A DNA stretch of 64,000 nucleotides from Trueperaceae bacterium (GTDB taxonomy: Bacteria > Deinococcota > Deinococci > Deinococcales > Trueperaceae), in the NCBI GenBank assembly GCA_965213925.1, contig OZ243927.1, positions 2,496,001-2,560,000 of the forward strand. Direction: 5' to 3'. The translations under genes and the position numbers were made by a program. Shown here piece by piece: positions 8,897 through 17,607 of this stretch; positions within the stretch are counted from its first letter, which is position 1; each line of letters starts with the position of its first letter. The notes beneath the pieces are model-generated. The model was not told where the DNA came from, did not search any database, and saw nothing but the letters and a program-made list of their open reading frames with translations.

Positions 8897-9739
8897 CTAC
8901 TGGCTCATCTCGCTGTCGCCGAGGTTGTATTCGGCGCGGATTTCGTCTAAGGTACCGTCCGCTTGAATAGCAGCAAGCCCCGCATTAAAGGCGTCGATAA
9001 GCTCGTCGCCCTCTTCGAAGACGAAGCCTAGAGGCTCACCGTCCGAAAGACCGCGAATATTGACGACGAGGTCGCCCGCGTACTGGTTTTCGAACTCGAC
9101 GGCGGTGATGTCGTCTAGGATGACGCCGTCCACGTCGCCCTGCAAAAGCGCTTGCACCGCGCTGTTAAAGTCGTCGTAGGAGACGGTGCGCTCTTCGCCG
9201 ACGAGTTCAAGCGCCAAATTGTAGTTCGTCGTGCCGAGCTGTGAGCCGAGCAAGAGGTCGCTGTCCTCAGCGGTGAAGTCTTCGGCGGTCAAGTCTTCAT
9301 TCTCCACGGTCGTCGCAATCGCCTGCTGCACGAGAATATAGGGGTCGCTGAAGTCCGCCGTTTGGTCGCGCTCGTCGGTAATCGTGACGCCCGAGGCGAT
9401 CATGTCGAAGTCTTGGAAGGTGCCCGCGCCGATCGCGGCGACGAGCCCATCCCAGGCGTAGGTCTGAAACTCCGGTTCGCAGTTGACGCGCTCGCAGACG
9501 GCGTTCACCACGTCCACGTCGAAGCCGACGATTTCGCCCGCGTCGTTGACGGTTTCAAAGGGCGGGTAGGTCGTATCTGAGCCGACGATGATGGTTTGTC
9601 CGCCCAAATCCATCGCCGCGCCTTGCATGGCTCCGCCCGTGTCCATGCCACCTGTTGCTCCGCCCGTGGATTGCGCACTACCAAGAGAGAGGCTGAAACC
9701 TAGCGTGAGTGCGGTAAGTAGCGTGATAGCAAATCTCAT
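8897..9739 (-). CDS. Polar amino acid ABC transporter substrate-binding protein (family 3)
   Basis: Signal peptide; YPPFE, GFDVDV and ITDER motifs; AAAAGGAG RBS. Confidence 0.92.
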   Translation of the reverse strand: MRFAITLLTALTLGFSLSLGSAQSTGGATGGMDTGGAMQGAAMDLGGQTIIVGSDTTYPPFETVNDAGEIVGFDVDVVNAVCERVNCEPEFQTYAWDGLVAAIGAGTFQDFDMIASGVTITDERDQTADFSDPYILVQQAIATTVENEDLTAEDFTAEDSDLLLGSQLGTTNYNLALELVGEERTVSYDDFNSAVQALLQGDVDGVILDDITAVEFENQYAGDLVVNIRGLSDGEPLGFVFEEGDELIDAFNAGLAAIQADGTLDEIRAEYNLGDSEMSQ

Positions 9740-9918
9740 AAATCTCCTTTTCGGGTTCGCGTATGCGAATGTATGAGGTTGCGGGACGGTATGTTCTCCA
9801 TCCCGAGTGACAACAACGTTAGATACTTCACATAATAATACCTAGTTTAGCGCGTGCTAAGCAAGACAGAAAGGTTAATGAAGGTTCCAAAAGGCTCGAG
9901 CCCGAAGTCTATTCGCAC

Positions 9919-10743
9919 TTAGCGTTCGTCGCCGACGCGGTTCTCCTGCATCCACCTAACCGCCCAATCCACGAGCGGACGCTGCTTCATAAAACGCGCT
10001 TCTGCACGCCCGACAGCGTGACGCTTTATCCCCTGCGCTTCCTCGTAAGCGTCACCCAACGTCCCGAAGTCGTCCGGTTCCCAATCTAGCGACTGGAACG
10101 TGACCCAGCGCCGCTCGCCCTCTTTGATCATCGCCGCGCCCTCTTCCGCGTACGTTTTACCGGGAAAGTCGGCGCGGTATTCGGCGAGGTGGAGCGAGGT
10201 GTTGTTCCTATGTCCGACGCCGAGCAGCAAGATGTGACCGTCTAACTCGTAGAGCGTGCCGAGCGGCGAAGCGTCGCCAAACTCCTCTTCTAAGGGGTGC
10301 GTCTCGGTGAGTTGCGCCGCGTTAGGTCCAAGTGCGGCGAACGAGCCGATAGGATGAACGCTCCGCATAACGCCCGGATACGTGCGGAAGAGTTCGGCGA
10401 CGCGCCCCATCTGCCGCGTCGGGGTGATGCGCGGGTCAAAGGCGGGCATCGAGGCGCGAATCGTCTCCCACCAAGATTCGGGTACGCCCGGATTCTCCCA
10501 GTTCGACGGGTCGGTGTTGCTCGTCGTGTGCGCGGGCATCATCAGCGTACCCGTCGGACCGAGCACCTCTAAAAGCGCCCCGATCACCGCCACCGGACCG
10601 CCACAGACCCAACCGAGGGTGCTCATCGCCGTGTGAACGAGGACGGTCTGCCCCGGCGCTAAGCCGCACGCCGCTAACTGCTCCGCGAGCGAGTGGGCGG
10701 TAAGGGGCTGCGCGTCGGGGTGAATGGTATCAGCTTCGGGCAT
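9919..10743 (-). CDS. Aminoglycoside N3-acetyltransferase (AAC(3)/YokD) family protein
   Basis: VLVHTAMSTLGWVCGG, RSVHPIGSF and NTSLHLAE motifs; start uncertain (ORF track gives 10791). Confidence 0.88.
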   Translation of the reverse strand: MPEADTIHPDAQPLTAHSLAEQLAACGLAPGQTVLVHTAMSTLGWVCGGPVAVIGALLEVLGPTGTLMMPAHTTSNTDPSNWENPGVPESWWETIRASMPAFDPRITPTRQMGRVAELFRTYPGVMRSVHPIGSFAALGPNAAQLTETHPLEEEFGDASPLGTLYELDGHILLLGVGHRNNTSLHLAEYRADFPGKTYAEEGAAMIKEGERRWVTFQSLDWEPDDFGTLGDAYEEAQGIKRHAVGRAEARFMKQRPLVDWAVRWMQENRVGDER

Positions 10744-10826
10744 AGGGCTGCTCTGCGGTTCTTTGATGCTTATGACGCTATGATACTCCAAGAGGCAGTT
10801 GGGTTAAGTGGTTCTCGCGGGACAGT

Positions 10827-10901
10827 GCCGAGCAGGTGTCGGGCTGGCGGGTGGATGAGCCGCCCTTAGATTTGCAGGGGATTTGCCCGGAGTGTCAGTA
10901 G
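10827..10901 (+). pseudogene. 3' remnant of a Fur/PerR-family regulator
   Basis: Translates AEQVSGWRVDEPPLDLQGICPECQ*, the Fur C-terminal GxCxxC motif; no N-terminal part upstream. Confidence 0.55.
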
Positions 10902-11036
10902 AGCACCATCGACTGAATCAAAAAACTACAAGTGTACCGTCTCCTTTTACCGCACAGCACCAATACCCTTGCTCGTACCAATAGAACAAGTCTAAGAAAA
11001 AGCGGTCATTAAAGAGGTGTTGTAAGGATAATTTCG

Positions 11037-11138
11037 TTCAGGGCTGAAGAATCTCCTTACTGGTCAGGCAATTAGAGATTCTTCATCAGGCGAAGTCTAT
11101 CCTGTACAGGGCTCCACTTCGTTTCGTCTAGAATGACA
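11037..11138 (-). repeat. TGTCATT/GAAGAATCTC-type palindromic REP-like element, copy 1
   Basis: Perfect 11-bp IR TGAAGAATCTC (11045-55) / GAGATTCTTCA (11075-85); reverse strand begins TGTCATTCTAGACGAAACGAAG and shares AGGATAGACT..ATGAAGAATCTC with 21574-21699. Confidence 0.65.
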
Positions 11139-11250
11139 CACTGGCGCTAGGCTCAACCGACTTCTGAGGGTGTCTCTCAAGTTGTGTGAAGTTTGTTACG
11201 CGAACCTCTTCTATACCAAAGGCAGTTGAAGGCATATTACTAAGGTCTAA

Positions 11251-11838
11251 TTAGCGTTTAAGGAAGGGCTGTTCCGCTAATTCACCAGGACGCTGAACAC
11301 AGCGGTCCGTACCGCTGGCTCCGAAGCGCAACTCATCGCCTGTGACCGCGATCAGATCGAGGTCTACGCAGTCGGAAACGTTAAACAGCGGGGCAGCACA
11401 CCCATCTGAGACATCAACAGGGCGATCCACTATAAGCCCACAGTCGTCAAGGCCAGAAGCCTCGAAGAGTGCTGGAGCGTCCGTGAAGATGGTAATCATA
11501 GAGGACGTGTTGACGAGGTCGATATTGAAAGCTTCCGGAACTGCTTTGGATGGTCCAGCCAGCGTGTAAGGTCCTGTCGAGTTGTAGGTAAATAGAGGTT
11601 GCTCGAGAGATTGATCGGTGAATACCTCGACCTTTAAGGTTTCGCTAGCGGCGTCGATAACGACAGTTTGACGTACGTAGAAGGTCATATCTTCAAGAGT
11701 AAACGGTACGCTATCTTGAACCCACGTTCCGATAATGCGCTCTTCGATATCAACGGCTGCAGACGGCTGCGCCCATCCAATAGCGGCAGCGATGGCCGTA
11801 ACTAATAGGAACGACCTGAGTAGTTTTAATTTGAACAT
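11251..11838 (-). CDS. Secreted protein, APCDD1-like domain
   Basis: AAAGGA RBS and signal peptide. Motif order GTW..F.VRQ..PLFT..GPY.L.GPS..D..CG..DVS.GC..DL..L.FG..RP matches the APCDD1 repeat pattern as I recall it. Confidence 0.6.
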   Translation of the reverse strand: MFKLKLLRSFLLVTAIAAAIGWAQPSAAVDIEERIIGTWVQDSVPFTLEDMTFYVRQTVVIDAASETLKVEVFTDQSLEQPLFTYNSTGPYTLAGPSKAVPEAFNIDLVNTSSMITIFTDAPALFEASGLDDCGLIVDRPVDVSDGCAAPLFNVSDCVDLDLIAVTGDELRFGASGTDRCVQRPGELAEQPFLKR

Positions 11839-11966
11839 AGCGAGTATCCTTTCACCTAGAGGTTTGATACGGAGGTATAAGGAATAGTCATCAGTCACAC
11901 GACTTAGATGAGTTCTTCCGCTTAGAGGTTTCTCCGTTAAGTGTTTTGGCTCTCCCTTCTTTCGCT

Positions 11967-11997
11967 ACCTTAGAGTCTTACGTAGCGGGAGAGTCAA
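11967..11997 (-). promoter_or_regulatory. MerR-family type promoter (TTGACT-19 bp-TAAGGT)
   Basis: Minus strand TTGACT ctcccgctacgtaagactc TAAGGT; the 19-bp spacer carries the imperfect dyad TCTCCCG-cta-CGTAAGA. Confidence 0.65.
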
Positions 11998-12147
11998 GAG
12001 AAACTCCAAGTGCAGCATCTAAGACCACACGTAATACCTTCAAACTACTTCTCCTAAAAAAGCACTGCTATGTGAGGTCCGTTACTCGAGCCCCGCCCCA
12101 TACTCGAAACCACACCGAAAGCCAGAAACAAAGGTCACACGCTTACC

Positions 12148-12208
12148 TTGTTACCTCTTACACTAAGTGCTAAAATACCCTTTGTAGAGGTTGTGAAAAG
12201 CCGCACGA
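12148..12208 (+). promoter_or_regulatory. nuo promoter with candidate Rex operator
   Basis: TTGTTA (12148)-17 bp-TAAAAT (12171) with extended TG; TTGTGAA-aagc-CGCACGA at 12191-12208 resembles TTGTGAA-N4-TTCACAA. Confidence 0.5.
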
Positions 12209-12255
12209 GGCGGTTTGGTCCGGTGTAAAATAGTAGACAACTCGAGAGGAGTTCT

Positions 12256-12603
12256 ATGTACCTTCACCTGCTGATGATGTTTTTGGCTGCCGGTCTTATC
12301 GGTGCACTCGCGCTGATGGTCGGAGCGCTGCTAGGTCCGAAGATGTCGAGCGAGACGAAGCTCGCCGCCTACGAGTCGGGTATTCCCGCTGCTTCAACGG
12401 CACGCGAGCGTTTCCCCGTTCACTTCTACCTCGTCGCGATGCTCTTCATCATCTTCGACATCGAAACGGCGTTCTTCTATCCGCTAGCAGTCAAATTTCA
12501 GGCGCAACCTCAATTCTTATTTGTCCAAGCCATCATCTTCGTGGTGATTTTGGCGGTTGGTTACATCTATATATTGCGAAAAGGCGTTTTAGATTGGAGA
12601 TAG
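12256..12603 (+). CDS. nuoA: NADH-quinone oxidoreductase subunit A
   Basis: YESG, FYLVAMLFIIFDIE and KGVLDW motifs. Confidence 0.95.
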   Translation: MYLHLLMMFLAAGLIGALALMVGALLGPKMSSETKLAAYESGIPAASTARERFPVHFYLVAMLFIIFDIETAFFYPLAVKFQAQPQFLFVQAIIFVVILAVGYIYILRKGVLDWR

Positions 12604-12752
12604 TGCATAGCAGGTCTAGCGGGAGCGTGACCACGCGACTGCATCTGGTCGCAAACGCTCGCACTCGGGAAGACCACTGACTAACCCTCACATGAACAGA
12701 CGATACTTACGTATTTCATTAAGCAGCTAGTACCCGATCCTTGAAAGGACTT

Positions 12753-13289
12753 ATGGCTTTAACAGACCTTTTTACCAAAGATATACAGGAACTCGAGAAC
12801 GAGGGCATCCTCTTTTCCTCACTAGAAAAACTCGTTGCCTGGGGCAGAAGTAACAGCCTCTGGCCCGCCACCTTCGGCTTGGCGTGCTGCGCCATCGAGA
12901 TGATGCAGTCCACGAACGCCCGCAACGACTTAGCCCGCTTCGGCTCCGAAGTCTTTCGCGCCTCGCCCCGCCAAGCGGACGTGATGATCGTCGCAGGGCG
13001 ACTCTCTAAAAAGATGGCTCCCGTCATGCGCCGCGTCTACGACCAAATGCCCGACCCCAAGTGGGTCATCTCGATGGGCGCGTGTGCGTCGTCGGGCGGT
13101 ATGTTCAACAACTACGCCATCGTGCAGAACGTGGACTCAGTTGTCCCTGTAGACATCTACGTCCCCGGCTGCCCCCCGCGCCCCGAGTCGCTCGTCTACG
13201 GCGTGATGCAGCTTCAGAAAAAGGTGCGTGGCGAGGCGTTTGACAGCGGCGGGATTGAGTTGCCGATGGTGCAGGGGTGGACGAGATGA
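12753..13289 (+). CDS. nuoB: NADH-quinone oxidoreductase subunit B
   Basis: [16 protein letters not shown] and [10 protein letters not shown] motifs; AAAGGA RBS before ATG 12753. Confidence 0.97.
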   Translation: MALTDLFTKDIQELENEGILFSSLEKLVAWGRSNSLWPATFGLACCAIEMMQSTNARNDLARFGSEVFRASPRQADVMIVAGRLSKKMAPVMRRVYDQMPDPKWVISMGACASSGGMFNNYAIVQNVDSVVPVDIYVPGCPPRPESLVYGVMQLQKKVRGEAFDSGGIELPMVQGWTR

Positions 13290-13307
13290 AAAGCAGAGGA
13301 AAGAGAA

Positions 13308-13361
13308 AAGGACTGAGGACTGAGTTCTTACTTTTACCTCAGTCCTCAGTCCTCAGTCCTT
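13308..13361. repeat. Heptamer tandem-repeat hairpin (AGGACTG)2 ... (CTCAGTC)3
   Basis: AAGGACTGAGGACTGAG then CTCAGTCCTCAGTCCTCAGTCCTT in the nuoB-nuoC spacer. Confidence 0.85.
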
Positions 13362-13377
13362 CAAGCGGAGCGACCTC

Positions 13378-13989
13378 ATGAGTTTAGTCGAGCAAGTCAC
13401 CGAAACGCTCAAATCCCTTGACGGTAAGCCCGGTGAATTCAAAGGCATGGTCAGTGTGACGGTGGGGAAAGAGAATATTGTCGAGGCGGTCAAGTCGGCG
13501 AAAGAGGCAGGCTTTGAGATGATCTCGGACGTGATGGGGATTGATTACCTCACCTATCCGGGGCATCAGGGGAAGCGGTTTTCGGTGGCGTATAACCTCT
13601 ACAGCGTGTCGAAAAATGAGCGCATCTTCATCCGGGTGAACGTGGACGACGGGGAGACGCTGCCGACGATTAACCATCTGTGGCGAGGCTCGAGCTTCAT
13701 GGAGCGCGAAGTCTACGACATGTTCGGCGTCGAGTTCGAAGGACACCCCGATTTGCGCAAGATCATCACACCCGAAGATTTAGACGGACACCCCCACCGT
13801 AAAGACTTCCCGCTAGGGGAGACGCCGACGCTCTTTAACGAGGGACGCTTTTTAGACCCCGCCTCGTTCCGCGCTGGCATGACTGGTGAGGATACGGGCA
13901 TGACAGGTTGGCGCGGCGGCGTGCGTAAAGGTGTGGAAAATACAGACCAGGCACTTCATAAGGCAACGGGCGAGACGGGAGACAAGTAA
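13378..13989 (+). CDS. nuoC: NADH-quinone oxidoreductase subunit C
   Basis: EREVYDMFGVEFEGHPDLRKI and GHPHRKDFPL motifs. Confidence 0.96.
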   Translation: MSLVEQVTETLKSLDGKPGEFKGMVSVTVGKENIVEAVKSAKEAGFEMISDVMGIDYLTYPGHQGKRFSVAYNLYSVSKNERIFIRVNVDDGETLPTINHLWRGSSFMEREVYDMFGVEFEGHPDLRKIITPEDLDGHPHRKDFPLGETPTLFNEGRFLDPASFRAGMTGEDTGMTGWRGGVRKGVENTDQALHKATGETGDK

Positions 13990-13992
13990 GCT

Positions 13993-15231
13993 ATGGGCGT
14001 CATCTCAGGACAAGCTGGACACGTACCCGATGCGACCACGCAGGAGACGCCGGGGAGCGAGTTCGAAACCAAGTATATGCGCCTCAACGTCGGACCGCAG
14101 CACCCGAGCACGCACGGCGTCTTGCGCCTCGTGGTGGATTTGGACGGCGAGCGTATCGCGACCATCAAGCCGCAGGTCGGCTACCTCCACTCCGGCTTCG
14201 AAAAGACGATGGAGAACCGCACCTATCAGCAGGGCGTGACCTACTCGAACCGAATGGACTACCTGCACGGCTTCGGGCACGACCTCGCGTATGTCCTCTC
14301 AGCAGAAAAGCTCGTCGGGGCAGAGGTTCCCGTCAGGGCGCAGCAAGTTCGCGTCATCCTCACCGAGCTGAACCGCGTGGCGAGCCACTTGGTTTTCTTC
14401 GGGACAGGCATCCTCGACCTCGGCGCGTTGACGCTCTTTTTCTATACGATGCGCGAGCGCGAGCGGATTTTGGATTTGTTCGAGATGGTCTGCGGCGTGC
14501 GGATGAACTACGGGTACTTCCGCGTAGGCGGGCTCTCCCGCGACGTCCCCGAAGGCTTCACGGACGCGGTGCGAGTTTTCCTCAAGGACTTTCCCAAAAT
14601 GCAGAAGCAGTACGCCACGCTCTTTGCCAAAAACGACATCTTCGTGAACCGCACCAAAAACGTCGGCGTGATGGACAAGGAGACGGCACTCGACTATGGG
14701 CTGACCGGACCCTCGTTAAGAGCGAGTGGCGTACCGCTCGACTTCCGTAAGGCGCAGCCCTACAGCGGCTATGAAAATTACGAGTTCAACGTGCCGACCT
14801 CCGATGCGGGCGACGCCTACCACCGCTTCATGCTCCGCTTTGAGGAGATGGAGGAGAGCCTCAAGATTGTGGAGCAGGCGTTAGACCAGTTAGAGGAAGG
14901 TCCCGTCAAAGACCCCGACCGCCGTATCTCCTTACCGCCCAGGAGCGAGTTAGAGAACAGCATGGAAGCGGTCATCTTCCACTTCAAGCTCGTGACCGAA
15001 GGCTTTCACCCGCCACGCGGTGAGGTGTATGTGCCGACCGAATCCGCAAGAGGTGAACTCGGCTACTACCTCATCTCGGACGGCGGCAGTATGCCCTACC
15101 GCGTGAAGGTGCGCGTGCCGAGTTTGATTAACTTGCAGTCGTTGGAGCCCACCTGTATTGGTGGACTCTTTGCGGACATGGTGGTGAACATCGCGTCGAT
15201 GGACCCGGTGTTGGGGGATGTGGATAAGTAA
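13993..15231 (+). CDS. nuoD: NADH-quinone oxidoreductase subunit D
   Basis: [15 protein letters not shown] and RMDY motifs; C-terminal GDVDK. Confidence 0.97.
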   Translation: MGVISGQAGHVPDATTQETPGSEFETKYMRLNVGPQHPSTHGVLRLVVDLDGERIATIKPQVGYLHSGFEKTMENRTYQQGVTYSNRMDYLHGFGHDLAYVLSAEKLVGAEVPVRAQQVRVILTELNRVASHLVFFGTGILDLGALTLFFYTMRERERILDLFEMVCGVRMNYGYFRVGGLSRDVPEGFTDAVRVFLKDFPKMQKQYATLFAKNDIFVNRTKNVGVMDKETALDYGLTGPSLRASGVPLDFRKAQPYSGYENYEFNVPTSDAGDAYHRFMLRFEEMEESLKIVEQALDQLEEGPVKDPDRRISLPPRSELENSMEAVIFHFKLVTEGFHPPRGEVYVPTESARGELGYYLISDGGSMPYRVKVRVPSLINLQSLEPTCIGGLFADMVVNIASMDPVLGDVDK

Positions 15232-15242
15232 GCCGTGCATTT

Positions 15243-15698
15243 ATGACTGTTCCTGAGGTTATCAACGACCCGACAGCGCAGTGGGATAGAAAGCCACCCG
15301 CTAGTCCTGAGGCTATCAGTTGTCTCATCGCTGAAGCTAGCTTTGAATTGCCGAGGGATTACCTTATATTTCTTCAACATAGCAATGGAGGATATGGGGT
15401 AATGGGTGTTGATCCTTGGTGGTTTAGCCTCTGGTCCGCTGAGGAAGTGATGCAACTAAATAGGGATTATAGGATAAAAGAATTTGCTCCTAGATTCTTT
15501 GGCTTTGGTAGTGACGGTGGTGGATATTTACTAGCATTCGATATGCAAAGCAGTCCCTGGAAAGTAATCATGATTCCCTTTATTCCAATGGAAGAGAAGG
15601 AAGCGGAAGTAATCGCTGAAGATTTTTTAGCTTTTGTGAGAACTGTAGGTCGGGAAGCAGAGAACCTAGAGCAGCTTAAAAAGGACGTTATTCGATGA
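15243..15698 (+). CDS. SMI1/KNR4 (SUKH) family protein inserted in nuo operon
   Basis: PPAS.EAI..LPRDYLIFLQHSNGG and FGSDGGG..LAFD motifs; visibly lower GC than neighbours; ATGA overlap with nuoE. Confidence 0.85.
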   Translation: MTVPEVINDPTAQWDRKPPASPEAISCLIAEASFELPRDYLIFLQHSNGGYGVMGVDPWWFSLWSAEEVMQLNRDYRIKEFAPRFFGFGSDGGGYLLAFDMQSSPWKVIMIPFIPMEEKEAEVIAEDFLAFVRTVGREAENLEQLKKDVIR

Positions 15699-16270
15699 CA
15701 GAGCAAGCAACAATTCAACCCTACTTCTCAGACAAACAAGACACACTAAACGAAATCTTAGGGCGCTATCCCGAGTACGGGCAGCGTAGCGCCGTCATGC
15801 CTCTCTTGTGGGAGGTGCAGCGGGCTGAAAAGCATATCAGCGAGGCAAGGGTGGAAGAAATCGCCCACATCCTAGACCTCAACCCGACGGAGGTCAAAGG
15901 GGTGATGAGCTTCTACTCGACCTATCACGAGCACCCGATTGGCGAGTACCACCTGCAAATCTGCTCGACGCTCTCGTGTTCGCTAGCGGGTTCAGACGAG
16001 ATGTACGACTTCATCTCCGAGGAGACCGGGCTCGTGAACGGCGAGACGAGCCGCGACGGGAAATTCAGCATTCAGAAGGTGGAGTGCTTGGGCTCGTGCG
16101 GCACTGCGCCCGTGTTGCAGGTGAACGATGTCTATTATGAGCGCGTGACGAAGTCGGGCTGTCAGAAGCTATTAGATGCGTTTAGAAACGGTGAGATGCC
16201 GGAGCCGAGCCGCGAGCGCGGCGGCGACAATGTAGGAGAAGAGAAACCTAAGATTGGAGAGAACGCGTGA
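15695..16270 (+). CDS. nuoE: NADH-quinone oxidoreductase subunit E
   Basis: N1a ligands CSTLSC...CLGSC. Confidence 0.96.
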   Translation: MTEQATIQPYFSDKQDTLNEILGRYPEYGQRSAVMPLLWEVQRAEKHISEARVEEIAHILDLNPTEVKGVMSFYSTYHEHPIGEYHLQICSTLSCSLAGSDEMYDFISEETGLVNGETSRDGKFSIQKVECLGSCGTAPVLQVNDVYYERVTKSGCQKLLDAFRNGEMPEPSRERGGDNVGEEKPKIGENA

Positions 16271-17607
16271 GCGACGCTGTAGCAGAACGTCCAAAACCAA
16301 TAACAAGCCGCAAGGATTCGCGCTTTGAAGTGACCATGTACAAGCACGTGGGTGTAGAGAACGCCTGGACGCTTGACTACTATTTAGGGCACGGCGGCTA
16401 CGAAGCGGCGAAGAAGGCGCTCAAGATGGAGCCGAAAGAGGTTGTGAACACCGTTAAATCTTCTGGTTTACGCGGAAGAGGTGGTGCGGGCTTCCCGACG
16501 GGCGTGAAGTGGTCCTTTATGCCTCCCCCCGACGGGCGGCAGCGCTTTTTGGTCTGCAACGCGGACGAGTCGGAGCCGGGCTCGTTTAAGGATAGATACA
16601 TCTGCGAGGACGACCCGCACCAACTTATCGAAGGTTTGCTCATCGGCTGCTACGCAATTGAGGCGACGATTGGCGTCATCTACATTCGCGGTGAGTATTA
16701 CAAGGGTTATGACCGACTGCGTCAGGCGATTATCGACGCGCGTGAGGCAGGCTACCTCGGCAAGAACATCTTCGACTCGGGCTTCGACTTCGACATCATT
16801 TTGCACCGGGGTTCGGGCGCGTACATCTGCGGCGAAGAGACCTCGCTGATGAACTCGTTCGAGGGCTTGCGGGCGAACCCTCGTCTCAAGCCACCTTTCC
16901 CTGCCCAAGCAGGTGTGTACAGCCGCCCGACGAGCATCAACAACGTGACCTCTCTAGCGAGCGTCGTCCACATCATCAACAACGGTGCGGAGTGGTTCTC
17001 AGGCATGGGCACGGACGACTCGAAGGGGACGAAGCTCTATCAGATCAGTGGTCCGGTGGCGAAACCTGGTGTGTACGAACTGCCGATGGGTGCGACCTTC
17101 CGCGAACTGATTTACGATCTCGCGGGTGGTCCTACCGAAGAGGTCAAGGCGCTCATTCCCGGTGGTTCCTCCACGCCGCTGCTGCGCTTCGATGACGACA
17201 CCCTAGACACGCCGATGGACTACGGTTCCATCACCAAAAAAGGCTCCATGCTCGGGACGGGCGGCGTCATCCTCATTCCTAAGGAGAAGTGCATCGTCAA
17301 CGCGACGTGGAACTTGGTGCGCTTCTACGCGCATGAATCCTGCGGGAAGTGCACGCCGTGCCGCGAGGGGATCAGCGGGTGGATGACGAAGATGTATCAG
17401 AAGTTGGTGAAAGGTCTGGGGGAAGAAGGGGACCTCGAGCTAATAGAAAACATGTCCGTGAACATTAAGGGCAAGTCGTTTTGTCCCTTGGCGGACGCCT
17501 GCTTAGGTCCGGTGCAGTCGAGCGTGGAGCTTTTCCGTGAGGAGTATGTACATCTAATCGAGAACGGCGAGCCGATGTATCCGAGAGAGGAGTGGTGGGC
17601 GGAGTGA
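16267..17607 (+). CDS. nuoF: NADH-quinone oxidoreductase subunit F
   Basis: [25 protein letters not shown] and [12 protein letters not shown] motifs. Confidence 0.97.
   Translation: MSDAVAERPKPITSRKDSRFEVTMYKHVGVENAWTLDYYLGHGGYEAAKKALKMEPKEVVNTVKSSGLRGRGGAGFPTGVKWSFMPPPDGRQRFLVCNADESEPGSFKDRYICEDDPHQLIEGLLIGCYAIEATIGVIYIRGEYYKGYDRLRQAIIDAREAGYLGKNIFDSGFDFDIILHRGSGAYICGEETSLMNSFEGLRANPRLKPPFPAQAGVYSRPTSINNVTSLASVVHIINNGAEWFSGMGTDDSKGTKLYQISGPVAKPGVYELPMGATFRELIYDLAGGPTEEVKALIPGGSSTPLLRFDDDTLDTPMDYGSITKKGSMLGTGGVILIPKEKCIVNATWNLVRFYAHESCGKCTPCREGISGWMTKMYQKLVKGLGEEGDLELIENMSVNIKGKSFCPLADACLGPVQSSVELFREEYVHLIENGEPMYPREEWWAE

Noticed and set aside
9919..10743. Acquired aminoglycoside resistance gene
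   Set aside because: Host-like GC and no integron or IS context; YokD-like chromosomal members often have unproven antibiotic activity.
11160..11235. Possible IS-end fragments (GAGGGTGTCTC, TATACCAAAGG)
   Set aside because: Too short, with no partner end or second copy in the window.
13308..13361. Heptamer repeats as CRISPR or phase-variation SSRs
   Set aside because: The units are 7 nt, arranged as inverted hairpins in intra-operon spacers, not in coding or promoter sequence.
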